DNA from: an uncultured Candidatus Saccharibacteria bacterium
GTDB taxonomy: Bacteria > Patescibacteriota > Minisyncoccia > Minisyncoccales > Staskawiczbacteraceae
Direction of reading: 5' to 3'
Assembly (NCBI GenBank): GCA_964363825.1
Contig: CAYIJR010000002.1
Span: forward strand, 1 to 32,393
DNA length: 32,393 bases
Each line of letters opens with the position of its first letter. Within the stretch, counting starts at the first letter, position 1. Below are positions 8,249-16,460 of the stretch, in pieces. Under the pieces are notes generated by a model. It was not told the origin of the DNA and did not search any database. It saw only the letters and a list, made by a program, of their open reading frames with translations. Made by a program: the position numbers and the translations under genes.

Positions 8249-8268
8249 GGTTAACCAGTAAAAATAGA

Positions 8269-9462
8269 ATGAACGAAAATTTCAAAAAAATCATACAAGA
8301 TGAATTAGCGTCAATCAAAGAAAAGGGGCTTTTTAAGGAAGAAAAAATAATTTCTTCAAGACAGGGAAGGGAGATTGTGGTGGATTCAAAAAAGTATTTA
8401 AACTTTTGCTCTAATAATTATTTGGGGTTATCTGGCAGGCAAGAATTGGCCAATGCCGGTAAAAAAGCGCTGGAAAAATGGGGGTTCGGGCTGTCTTCTG
8501 TCAGATTTATCTGCGGAACTTTAAAAATCCACAAAGAACTGGAAAAAAAGCTGGCCCAATTTATGGGTTATGAAGACGCCATTTTGTATACATCTTGTTA
8601 TGATGCCAATACAGGGTTATTCCAGACAATTTTAACAGACCAAGATGCGGTAATCTCTGACGAATTAAATCACGCCTCAATTATTGACGGCATAAGATTG
8701 GCTAAAGCGGAAAGATTGATTTATAAAAATTCTGACATGAAAGATTTGGAAGAAAAACTTTTACAGGCAAAAAACAAAAGATTAAGGCTGATAGTTACCG
8801 ACGGCGTTTTTAGTATGGAGGGAGGAATTGCCAAAGTGAAAGAAATTGTAGATTTGGCCAAAAAATATGATGCCATGACCGTCGTGGACGATTCGCACGC
8901 CACGGGATTCATGGGTAAAACCGGCAAAGGGACGCACGAATTGGCGGGCGTGGGCAATAAAATTGATTTTATAACGTCAACCTTCGGCAAAGCGTTGGGC
9001 GGGGCTTCCGGCGGATTTATTGTTTCTTCTAAAGAAAACATTGAATTTTTAAGGCAAAGATCAAGGAATTATATTTTTTCCAATTCGCTTTCTCCCACTA
9101 TCACAGCGGTTACTTTATTTTTGGTTGATTATATAAAAAAGAATTCAGCCCCAAGAAAAACGCTTTGGGCAAATTTGAGGCGCTTTAGGCAAAAGATGCA
9201 GGAAGCCGGTTTTGAAGTTTCCAAACAAGAGCATCCCATTGTGCCAATTATGCTGGGCGATGCCAAAGTTGCCAAAGAAATGGCAGAAAAACTTTTTAAA
9301 GAGGGAATTTATGTGCGGGCATTCAGTTATCCGGTGGTTCCTGAAGGAAAGGCAAGGATAAGGGTGCAGATTTCAGCCGCCCACACGCAAAAAGACATTG
9401 ATCAAGCCGTTGCGGCATTTGCAAGGGTTTATAAAGCTGTAAAGCGAGAAATTAGAAAATAG
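8269..9462 (+). CDS. kbl: 2-amino-3-ketobutyrate CoA ligase (glycine C-acetyltransferase)
   Basis: PLP-lysine region STFGKALGGASGGF and DDSHATGF. ATG 8269 (MNENFKKI) is preferred, because the track's GTG 8227 lies inside the palindrome. Confidence 0.85.
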   Translation: MNENFKKIIQDELASIKEKGLFKEEKIISSRQGREIVVDSKKYLNFCSNNYLGLSGRQELANAGKKALEKWGFGLSSVRFICGTLKIHKELEKKLAQFMGYEDAILYTSCYDANTGLFQTILTDQDAVISDELNHASIIDGIRLAKAERLIYKNSDMKDLEEKLLQAKNKRLRLIVTDGVFSMEGGIAKVKEIVDLAKKYDAMTVVDDSHATGFMGKTGKGTHELAGVGNKIDFITSTFGKALGGASGGFIVSSKENIEFLRQRSRNYIFSNSLSPTITAVTLFLVDYIKKNSAPRKTLWANLRRFRQKMQEAGFEVSKQEHPIVPIMLGDAKVAKEMAEKLFKEGIYVRAFSYPVVPEGKARIRVQISAAHTQKDIDQAVAAFARVYKAVKREIRK

Positions 9463-9527
9463 TAAATAGAAAATAGAATACGAAATAATAAAAAATTCTA
9501 CTTTCTAACTTCTACTTTCTATTTTCT
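9454..9527. repeat. Word-repeat hairpin (AGAAAATAGAA arm, TTCTACTTTCT arm), same family as 28566-28646
   Basis: tagaaaatagaatacgaaa at 9467-9485, and ttctactttctaacttctactttctattttct on the right arm. The left arm overlaps the kbl stop. Confidence 0.8.
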
Positions 9528-9535
9528 CATCACGC

Positions 9536-11332
9536 ATGTGCGGAATTGTTGGCTACATAGGAAGCAACAAAGCCCTTCCTTTTTTAATGTCAGGATTGAA
9601 AAAATTGGAATACCGGGGTTATGACAGCTCGGGTGTTTGTGTTAAAGAAAACAACGATTTTTATTTGCTTAAAAAACCGGGCAAAGTCAGCGAGCTGGAA
9701 AAAAATATAGAAAAAGAAAATGTTGCCGGTACTGCTGGCATTGCCCACACCCGCTGGGCGACTCATGGTGTTCCCAATGAAAAAAACGCTCATCCCCACA
9801 CAGACTGCACAGGCAAGATTGCCATTGTCCATAACGGCATTGTGGAAAATTACCAAGCATTAAAAGAGTTGCTCGTGCAAGAAGGGCATAAAATAATTTC
9901 AGACACCGATTCAGAAATCATCGCCCATTTGATTGAAAAATTCTACGATGGGGATATTGAAAACGCAACTACCAAAGCTTTAAAATTGATTGAAGGCGCG
10001 TACGGCCTGGCCATTTTGGATAAAAATTCAGAAAAAATAATTGCCGCCCGGAAAAGCAGTCCGTTGGTGTTGGGCATTGGCCAGGGCGAAAACTTTATTG
10101 CATCTGATGCGTCAGCCATTTTGGGCTACACCAAAAATGTCGTGTATTTAGATGACGGAGAAATGGCGGTGATGACCAAAGATAGCTATGTGGTGAAAAA
10201 ATTAAACGGCGAATTAGTAGACAAAAAAGTCCATCAGATTGCCATGACCATTGACCAGATAGAAAAGAGGGGATTCAAGCATTTCATGCTCAAAGAAATT
10301 TTTGAACAGCCCGAAGCCATTGAAAATACCTTGAGGGGTAGAATTATTGGTAATAAAGTAAAGCTCAATATTGATTTGGACTTGTCGTCAATCCAAAGGA
10401 TTATTATTACTGCTTGCGGCACCAGTTGGTATTCCGGGCTCATCGGTAAATACTTGATTGAAAAGTTGGCTGGAATTCCGGTTGAAGTTGATTATGCTTC
10501 GGAATTTCGGTATCGCGATCCTATTGTGCGACAAAGCGATTTGATGATTGTCATTTCGCAATCTGGCGAAACGGCCGACACGCTGGCGGCGCTCAAAGAG
10601 GCAAAGCAAAAAGGGGCCAAGACATTGGGCATTATCAATGTGGTTGGGTCTACCATTTCGCGTGAAGTTGATTCTGGAATTTACTTGCACGCCGGCCCGG
10701 AAATAGGGGTGGCCAGCACTAAGGCTTTTACCTGTCAGGTTACAGCCTTGGCGTTGCTGGCTTTATATTTTAAACAGGAAAAAGGGGAATCGCAAAAGGG
10801 GATATTAGAAGAATTGCCAAAAATACCGGAAAAAATCAGGGAAATTTTGAAAATGTCCGGCGACATACGTAATTTGGCCGAAAAATTTAAAGAGTACAAA
10901 AACTTTTTGTACTTGGGCAGGAATTTGAATTTCCCGGTGGCCTTGGAGGGAGCGTTAAAATTAAAAGAAATTTCGTACATCCATGCCGAAGGGTATCCGG
11001 CGGCCGAAATGAAGCACGGCCCCATTGCATTAATAGACGAAAATATGCCCGTGGTTTTCATTTGCCCCAAAGACGGCACCTATGCCAAAATTTTAAGCAA
11101 CATGGAAGAAGTCAAAGCCCGCGGGGGGAATATCATTGCCATCACCAATGAAGACGACGGCAACATTTCAAAATTGGCAAACCACATTATCAAAGTCCCA
11201 AAAACCATAGACATTTTGTCTCCATTAATCAATGTCATCCCGTTGCAATTGTTGGCCTACCACATCGCCGACTTGAAAGGATTAAATGTTGACAAACCGC
11301 GCAACTTAGCCAAATCCGTGACGGTGGAGTAG
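9536..11332 (+). CDS. glmS: Glutamine--fructose-6-phosphate aminotransferase
   Basis: MCGIVGY N-terminal nucleophile, two SIS domains (ISQSGETADT), C-terminal KSVTVE. 598 aa. Confidence 0.95.
   Translation: MCGIVGYIGSNKALPFLMSGLKKLEYRGYDSSGVCVKENNDFYLLKKPGKVSELEKNIEKENVAGTAGIAHTRWATHGVPNEKNAHPHTDCTGKIAIVHNGIVENYQALKELLVQEGHKIISDTDSEIIAHLIEKFYDGDIENATTKALKLIEGAYGLAILDKNSEKIIAARKSSPLVLGIGQGENFIASDASAILGYTKNVVYLDDGEMAVMTKDSYVVKKLNGELVDKKVHQIAMTIDQIEKRGFKHFMLKEIFEQPEAIENTLRGRIIGNKVKLNIDLDLSSIQRIIITACGTSWYSGLIGKYLIEKLAGIPVEVDYASEFRYRDPIVRQSDLMIVISQSGETADTLAALKEAKQKGAKTLGIINVVGSTISREVDSGIYLHAGPEIGVASTKAFTCQVTALALLALYFKQEKGESQKGILEELPKIPEKIREILKMSGDIRNLAEKFKEYKNFLYLGRNLNFPVALEGALKLKEISYIHAEGYPAAEMKHGPIALIDENMPVVFICPKDGTYAKILSNMEEVKARGGNIIAITNEDDGNISKLANHIIKVPKTIDILSPLINVIPLQLLAYHIADLKGLNVDKPRNLAKSVTVE
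10521..10535 (+). repeat. Copy of the word CTATTGTGCGACAAA (inside glmS, read P-I-V-R-Q)
   Basis: Exact match to the core attgtgcgacaa. Confidence 0.9.
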
Positions 11333-11374
11333 GGCCGCTCGTACCCGCGTGCCAAAACTCCCGACGGATAATTT

Positions 11375-11408
11375 ACCCCCAAAACTGACGATCGTCACTT
11401 TTGGGGGT
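11375..11408. other. Long hairpin in a GC-rich non-coding 100-nt stretch after glmS
   Basis: acccccaaaactgacga/tcgtcacttttgggggt is a 16-bp stem with one C-C mismatch. There is no T-run on either strand. Confidence 0.6.
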
Positions 11409-11432
11409 AAGCCCTGCCTACCCACCCCTTAC

Positions 11433-11450
11433 CTTATTGTGCGACAAAAT
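11433..11450 (+). repeat. Copy of the word CTTATTGTGCGACAAAAT at the left edge of the high-GC block
   Basis: Exact core, in an intergenic position. Confidence 0.9.
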
Positions 11451-11459
11451 TAGAAAAAC

Positions 11460-11489
11460 TTGACAATATGACAATAAGTATGATACGAT
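11460..11489 (+). promoter_or_regulatory. Candidate sigma70-type promoter for the 11570 ORF
   Basis: TTGACA at 11460-11465, an 18-nt spacer, then TACGAT at 11484-11489 (alternatively TATGAT at 11479). It shares cTTGACAATrT with the promoter at 13810 (the (-)-strand promoter at 16395-16423 has aTTGACAATAT). Confidence 0.4.
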
Positions 11490-11569
11490 TGCGTTAGTAC
11501 AAAACCGGTCTATTTTACCAATCGTCTCGTTGATGAAGTCGTAAAAAGACCAAACGATGGAGTATAGCA

Positions 11570-12289
11570 GTGAAAATTATCCGCGACGAAAAGCTGGCGA
11601 CGCTTATGTTCGTTCCCGTGGAGAGTAACGAGGTCAAATGGCTTTCTTTGCTCATCAAGACTCTCAAGAAGGGAGACCTGGTACACTACGATGGCAGGGA
11701 AGATGATAAGGAAGATCGCCGGTTCTGCGACATCCATCTGCGCTTTGGCAAGTGGCAGAAGAAGGAGCGCACGAAAAAGTACAAGAATGGAAGTAGCTTC
11801 CGTTGGTCAGAAATCGTGGGTGGGCATAAACTCAAAATCCGTGGAAGCACGGAGCAAGACCGGCACGAGGTCAACCGCGTTCGCAACGGCGCGTGCTATG
11901 TTGGCAGTCTTGTTTACCTTAATGAAGTCGAGGTGGACGGGCAGAGGTCTGTCGTCTTTACCATCGGCTACTGTCCGCACTGCGGCGTGGCAATGATTGA
12001 CTCCACTTCGTGCGAGTGGCGCATCTGCAATGCTTGCGCTGCAAAGTGCAAGCACAACTGGGTCGAAGGTTTGGTGAAAGGGGGCGGCATCCCTGGCGGC
12101 CATGGAGTTGGCAAGTTCTGCGACAAGTGCGGGCGTGGCAAAATGCCCACCAAGAGACAAAAAAAGATGTCTCAAGCAGAACACGCCCTTGAGCTTGAGC
12201 GCAAGCTCGGCTTCCTGACCATCTACAAGAACACGCCCCTCACTCCCAGGCAGATCGTTGAACGGGAAAAAGCTGTTGCTTCCCGCTAA
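11570..12289 (+). CDS. Cys-rich (zinc-ribbon-like) hypothetical protein, 239 aa
   Basis: GTG start 7 nt after GGAG. CPHCG...CEWRICNACAAKCKH...CDKCG cysteine clusters. Sampled GC is about 53%. A clean terminator follows. Confidence 0.6.
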   Translation: MKIIRDEKLATLMFVPVESNEVKWLSLLIKTLKKGDLVHYDGREDDKEDRRFCDIHLRFGKWQKKERTKKYKNGSSFRWSEIVGGHKLKIRGSTEQDRHEVNRVRNGACYVGSLVYLNEVEVDGQRSVVFTIGYCPHCGVAMIDSTSCEWRICNACAAKCKHNWVEGLVKGGGIPGGHGVGKFCDKCGRGKMPTKRQKKMSQAEHALELERKLGFLTIYKNTPLTPRQIVEREKAVASR

Positions 12290-12314
12290 TTCTTCAAAAA
12301 ATCAGAAAGTATAT

Positions 12315-12346
12315 GACCGCATGGTTTATCCAGCGGTCTTTTTTTT
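12315..12346 (+). terminator. Rho-independent terminator of the 11570 ORF
   Basis: gaccgc (12315-12320) pairs with gcggtc (12333-12338), then a T8 run. Confidence 0.8.
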
Positions 12347-12373
12347 CACAAAAAATCCGCCAGAGGACGGATT
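12347..12373 (-). terminator. Rho-independent terminator of efp
   Basis: On the minus strand, aatccg-tcctctgg-cggatt is followed by ttttttgtg. Confidence 0.75.
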
Positions 12374-12378
12374 CGTAA

Positions 12379-12410
12379 GTCTTAAATCTTATATCTTAAA
12401 TCTTAAATCT
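12379..12410. repeat. Tandem 7-mer (ATCTTAA) x 4.5 just downstream of the efp stop
   Basis: gtcttaa atcttat atcttaa atcttaa atct. Confidence 0.85.
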
Positions 12411-12975
12411 ATTCGCTTGCCCGCTTTACATACTCTCCCAAGTCGGTGTTGACTTCAATGACATCGCCTTCTTCGATGAAAAGCGGGACTTGGATGGTGG
12501 CTCCCGTTTCCAGAATGGCTTCTTTGGTGCCGCCTTGGGCGCGGTCGCCTTTGATTCCCGGCGGCGCTTCTTTTATTTTCAGCGCCACTTTAATGGGGCT
12601 TTTCACGGTGATGATTTTGTCATCAAATAAAATTCCCTGTACCAAAGAATTCGGTTTGAAAAACTTTGCCTGCGAGCCCAGCAAATCTTCGCCAAAAGAA
12701 AAGCGTTTTGAGGGGTCGTTGGCCTCGCAGAAAAAATACTGGCCTTTATTGGAATACAAAAACTTAATATCTTTTTTTACCAGATCAGCTTCTTGGAACA
12801 TGTCTCCTTGCTGGAAGGTTTTTTCCTGGACGGATCCGGTAATTAAGTTGCGGATTTTCGTCTGCACCACCGGTCTGCGCTGGGCCATTTTTACATGCAA
12901 AGAATCCAGCACTTCCCAAGGCTGGTTTTCAAAAATAAACTGCGTCCCCTTTTTTAGGTCAGTGTGAGTTAACAT
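12409..12975 (-). CDS. efp: Elongation factor P
   Basis: 188 aa. MLTHTDLKKGTQFIFENQPWEVLDSLHVKMAQRRPVVQTKIRNLITG is the typical EF-P N-terminal KOW-like domain. Confidence 0.92.
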   Translation of the reverse strand: MLTHTDLKKGTQFIFENQPWEVLDSLHVKMAQRRPVVQTKIRNLITGSVQEKTFQQGDMFQEADLVKKDIKFLYSNKGQYFFCEANDPSKRFSFGEDLLGSQAKFFKPNSLVQGILFDDKIITVKSPIKVALKIKEAPPGIKGDRAQGGTKEAILETGATIQVPLFIEEGDVIEVNTDLGEYVKRASE

Positions 12976-13109
12976 AATCTGTGAATTTAGAATTTAGTAT
13001 CTGGCAGCTTGAATTGAATTTTGAATACTGAAGCACCGGCGGGGAGTCCCTCTGGGTCCAGCAGAATTCCATATTCTATTCCAACTTCAAGATACAAGAT
13101 TCAATATTC

Positions 13110-13772
13110 TCACTCGATTGACCTCCACTCGATCTCCGCTTCTTTCCCCGCGTAGAGCAGCCATTCACCGCTTTTGGAAATAACATATTTTTTGCCGTTT
13201 TTTTCTACCATCGGGTCGCCCCGGTAAAACGGTTTTTTGACGATTTCTTTGGGTTTTAAGCGGTCCAACTCCAGCCACTTTTTAAAAACGGTTTCAATGG
13301 TGTAATCTAATTTCCGGGAATTGGCCCAGGCGGCCACGGTATCGATAGCTTTTTTGGATGCTTCAATCCCACCGGCCAATTCCAACAGTTGTTTGGCGGG
13401 TTTGACGAATCGTGAATAGATTATCTTTCTTTTTTTAGCATTTTCTTTCAATTCTTGCAAGCCCAAGCCTTTGGATTTAAAAAAATGGGGGATAATGACC
13501 TGCAAAGCGGTTTCTTCTTCCAATTTTTCATATTCTTTAATGCGGGATTTTTTAATGTATTCTTCAATTTTTTTGGCATTTTTTTCGCCAATACCGGCTT
13601 CTCGAATGCCTTTTAGCCCTTTTTCTTGGTAAATTTCAGAAATATCGGTTTTCAAATATTCCAAAATTCGTGCCGATTTTCGGTAGGCATTTATGCGAAA
13701 AGCCGATTCTCCCTTAATCTCCAAAAGCTCCGCCATTTTCTTGAAAATATCCGCGATATTATCATTCATCAT
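13110..13772 (-). CDS. Helix-hairpin-helix protein resembling the N-terminal (8 kDa/HhH) part of family X DNA polymerases; no polymerase core
   Basis: NIADIFKKMAELLEIKGESAFRINAYRKSARILE and GIGEKNAKKIEEYI match the Pol X N-terminal pattern. The C-terminal 120 aa are unassigned. Confidence 0.55.
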   Translation of the reverse strand: MMNDNIADIFKKMAELLEIKGESAFRINAYRKSARILEYLKTDISEIYQEKGLKGIREAGIGEKNAKKIEEYIKKSRIKEYEKLEEETALQVIIPHFFKSKGLGLQELKENAKKRKIIYSRFVKPAKQLLELAGGIEASKKAIDTVAAWANSRKLDYTIETVFKKWLELDRLKPKEIVKKPFYRGDPMVEKNGKKYVISKSGEWLLYAGKEAEIEWRSIE

Positions 13773-13809
13773 AACTTATCATACTACAACACAAAATCGC
13801 GAAAAGGTC

Positions 13810-13837
13810 TTGACAATGTATATGTGTATGATAATAT
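13810..13837 (+). promoter_or_regulatory. Near-consensus promoter with extended -10 for the 13908 operon
   Basis: TTGACA at 13810-13815, a 16-nt spacer, then TGaTAATAT (TAATAT at 13832-13837). An 8-bp leader hairpin follows at 13850-13870. Confidence 0.6.
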
Positions 13838-13907
13838 GGTTCTTACAAGCTAAAACAGTGTATGTTTTAGGCTAAATCCTGATCATTGACAAGAAGGGAG
13901 GTTTCCC

Positions 13908-14645
13908 GTGAATAACGCGTTAGAGGAAAAACAAGAAGTTTTTTCCGGCCCGTTTGAGGAATGCTTGAAGCATTTTGCAGCGGATTTTTCTGCAAAAATG
14001 CCCAAGTTTGCACAAAAAACAGTCGATGCTAAAATTTTTATCGCTGATTTTTGTGGAAGAAACATCTACACCATTAGCGAATGGTTAGCGGCCAAGTATC
14101 AACCTGCGGGCACATCACTGATGAAGATGATGTGCTATCTGGACATGGTTGGCTACAGAATCTTTGAGCTGGAAAGGATGTCCAAGGCCAAGAGGCACTT
14201 TATTGAGCTTATTGGATTTGGAATCTTATCTGCTCAAGAAGGATCTCAATTGCTGTCCTATTCTCAGCCCGGGCAACTTCTGAAAATCCTTAGAGAAGAT
14301 GTCGGCACAACCGAATCTAAGGAACAGAGGATGTGGGAGATTTGGCGAGAGCGCAAGGAAGTGCTCGAGCAAAAAAAAATGCAACGCCGCCAAGCGTTAC
14401 CGGGTGTGCCAGAAAAAAACCTTTTTCAGAAAGAGCCTTTTGTTAAGGCCAATGGGATGATTGATAGCATTGACGCTATGGTCACCATGGAGAATTTGCT
14501 CCGCACCCTAGATGAAGACTTTTCCCAAGAAGTGTTTGAAAACCTTCTTCGCGGAAAGGGGACAGTGCTCCGGCTTTCAGCCAAGCTCAACGAATTGAGT
14601 TACACAATCCTCAAGGCAGAGGAAAAGAAAGGAGGTGATTCTTGA
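13908..14645 (+). CDS. Hypothetical protein with a possible XRE-like HTH (245 aa)
   Basis: GTG start after GGGAGG. The IYTISEWLAAKYQPAGTSLMKMMCYL segment resembles an HTH. The C-terminal part is coiled and charged. Confidence 0.6.
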   Translation: MNNALEEKQEVFSGPFEECLKHFAADFSAKMPKFAQKTVDAKIFIADFCGRNIYTISEWLAAKYQPAGTSLMKMMCYLDMVGYRIFELERMSKAKRHFIELIGFGILSAQEGSQLLSYSQPGQLLKILREDVGTTESKEQRMWEIWRERKEVLEQKKMQRRQALPGVPEKNLFQKEPFVKANGMIDSIDAMVTMENLLRTLDEDFSQEVFENLLRGKGTVLRLSAKLNELSYTILKAEEKKGGDS

Positions 14646-14905
14646 AAAAAGAAGAAAAGGAGTATCAGGCAACTGTCGACAAAGTCATTGTTGACGGCAA
14701 GCACGGAAGCTACGGCGTTGCGCGGTGCAAGGAATTGGGCGTAATCACTTTTTCGCTGGACCAGAAAGTCTGGCAAGAAGAAGACGCGCCTGAACCTGGT
14801 ACTTGCGTCATATTGTCAAAAATCCGTAAAAAGCGCCTTGGTTGGCGCGCGGAAGTCGCGCGGTTTGTGACGCCGCTCGATGAACAGCAACATCAGAACC
14901 AGTAA
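14642..14905 (+). CDS. Small hypothetical protein (87 aa)
   Basis: TTG start overlapping the upstream TGA (cTTGA), preceded by AAAGGAGGTG. No motif recognised. Confidence 0.55.
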   Translation: MKKEEKEYQATVDKVIVDGKHGSYGVARCKELGVITFSLDQKVWQEEDAPEPGTCVILSKIRKKRLGWRAEVARFVTPLDEQQHQNQ

Positions 14906-14923
14906 CCAGTAACAGCAAGGAGA

Positions 14924-15850
14924 ATGAGCATGAAGATCATCAAGAAAAACCTGGTCGTGGAGCTTGAAAAAATCCACACCAACCTGTTTGTCAGGAAGGC
15001 CCTAGATGCCAACCGCAAAAAGCATTTCGAGGATCTCATTGCCGAGATTGTTGCCCTGCAGAACCAGGGCAAGACGCTCGACCCCCAGCTTTTGGACAAT
15101 GTCCGTCCGATGCTGGTCACGCCGGCGTACGAAGTGTTGGGCAACGGCAAGTTGCGGTATCTGCCCGACACCCCTTACTATGAGGGAGTTGATGGCCGGC
15201 ATCGTCACTGGGCCTGGACTGTTCATGGAGTCAAGGAGACTGCCGTGACGGTGGCCGAGTATGAGACCTACGTGGATCTTATTTCGGAGGCCTCAAAAGC
15301 CAATCTTGGCGGTTCTATGCCACCGACTCCCGAAGACCGGAAACTCACCGTACGGAATCTTGTGCAAGCCGGCGCCAGTCACCGCGAAGTCGCTGAAGCC
15401 ATCGGGTTTACGATGGGCATGACTCGTCGCATGGTGGAGCAGGCTAAGGCAGAAATCAACCGTGCCCGGTTGATCGATGCCCTTGACGAGTACCGCCTTG
15501 GCAATACTCCCCTGCCCCAGATTGCCGCAAAGCATCGCGTGGATGAGGATAAGTTACGCGAGCTTGTGGGGGTGTCTGGCCGCCGGGGCAAGAAAAAGAT
15601 CAAGGAGCTGCACACCCAGCTTACCGCCACAGCCAAAGGAAACGCGGCCCGGCGGTCCAAGCTCTTTGCCAGTCTTATGGACAAGTACCAAGACCGGGAA
15701 GTGACGGTCAAGCAAGTCAGGCAAGTGTTCAAACACTTGCAAGATACCTTGGCGCGTCAGGAAAAACACATCAAGGAATGGGAAAGTCGTTTTGAAGCTG
15801 CCATAAGAGGAGGCAGCCAAGATCAAAATGAAAAAAAGGAATCGGCGTAA
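14924..15850 (+). CDS. ParB/Srx-fold (ParB-like nuclease domain) protein with central HTH
   Basis: The VDGRHRHWAW (DGxHR) motif lies about 90 aa from the N-terminus. An HTH-like segment is SHREVAEAIGFTMGMTRRMVEQAK. SD AAGGAGA. Confidence 0.65.
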   Translation: MSMKIIKKNLVVELEKIHTNLFVRKALDANRKKHFEDLIAEIVALQNQGKTLDPQLLDNVRPMLVTPAYEVLGNGKLRYLPDTPYYEGVDGRHRHWAWTVHGVKETAVTVAEYETYVDLISEASKANLGGSMPPTPEDRKLTVRNLVQAGASHREVAEAIGFTMGMTRRMVEQAKAEINRARLIDALDEYRLGNTPLPQIAAKHRVDEDKLRELVGVSGRRGKKKIKELHTQLTATAKGNAARRSKLFASLMDKYQDREVTVKQVRQVFKHLQDTLARQEKHIKEWESRFEAAIRGGSQDQNEKKESA

Positions 15851-15861
15851 GCCGAGTTCAG

Positions 15862-15898
15862 GCCGAGGCACACACATTGTGTGTTCCTCGGCTTTTTT
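15862..15898 (+). terminator. Rho-independent terminator of the 13908-15850 operon
   Basis: gccgaggcacaca-cat-tgtgtgttcctcggc, followed by T6. Confidence 0.8.
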
Positions 15899-15916
15899 AT
15901 TAATTAACTTTTTTAT

Positions 15917-15949
15917 AAGAAAAAAGCTCGAACTGGGCGTCCGAGCTTT
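15917..15949 (-). terminator. Rho-independent terminator of the 15976..16377 ORF
   Basis: On the minus strand, aaagctcg-loop-cgagcttt is followed by a T-run. Confidence 0.7.
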
Positions 15950-15975
15950 GTCTTCCTTAGCGGAGCCAAGTAGAC

Positions 15976-16377
15976 TTAGTGTTGTAGGACGAAGCCATCA
16001 ACGCTTTGGCTATTGATTTCTCGGAGGCTTCGATTCTCTTCACGAAGGTAGTAATTAGCCTGTTTTAACCCATAAATGGTTCCGATGAGATTGAAGATAC
16101 ATTGGGGTAATTTTTCAATCGGATCTTCGCCTTCTTCGAGTTGGACTATGGGCGTCAGGTTGCTTGCATCAACCTCATTCACAACCCTGTGTTGCGGGTA
16201 AACCAGCTTCAATATGAAGTTACCTGGTGTTCCACTCATTGGGTGTGGTTCGATTTGCTCCACAACCACGCCGAGACTTTCAAAATTTGCTTCGCAGGGA
16301 CCATGGCAAGTGTACGCTACGAGCGTATCTTTCTGAATTTTCACGTTTCTGTCCTCATGTGAGCGAAAGGATGGCAC
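15976..16377 (-). CDS. Hypothetical protein (133 aa), convergent with the ParB-like operon
   Basis: Only a GTG start is available and there is no clear SD. It has its own promoter-like element and terminator. Confidence 0.45.
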   Translation of the reverse strand: MPSFRSHEDRNVKIQKDTLVAYTCHGPCEANFESLGVVVEQIEPHPMSGTPGNFILKLVYPQHRVVNEVDASNLTPIVQLEEGEDPIEKLPQCIFNLIGTIYGLKQANYYLREENRSLREINSQSVDGFVLQH

Positions 16378-16394
16378 TGTTTCGACACACTTTC

Positions 16395-16423
16395 ATCATA
16401 AGTCTATTACAAGATATTGTCAA
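16395..16423 (-). promoter_or_regulatory. Consensus-type promoter on the minus strand
   Basis: On the minus strand: TTGACA (16418-16423), a 17-nt spacer, TATGAT (16395-16400). The context is aTTGACAATAT, as in the other two block promoters. Confidence 0.55.
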
Positions 16424-16460
16424 TAGTGAAAATGGGCTTGATTTTTGATAGAGTTCAACT

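Noticed and set aside
9454-9527. Possible CRISPR-like repeats (also at 28566-28646).
   Set aside because: The repeated words are 7-13 nt, contiguous and arranged as inverted arms. There are no 25-40 nt repeats separated by unique spacers.
9463-9535. glmS ribozyme upstream of glmS.
   Set aside because: The spacer is only 73 nt and is occupied by the AT-rich word hairpin. It is too short and lacks the GC-rich pseudoknotted core expected of the ribozyme.
12446-12967. 173-aa ORF on the + strand.
   Set aside because: It is exactly antisense to efp, whose product is unmistakable. It is a shadow ORF in a GC-richer gene, with no SD or motif.
11686-15877. Many 60-125-aa alternative-frame ORFs inside the high-GC block (for example 11807..12184, 15379..15732, 15554..15877).
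   Set aside because: Elevated GC removes stop codons in all frames. Only the frames with an SD, start and terminator were kept.
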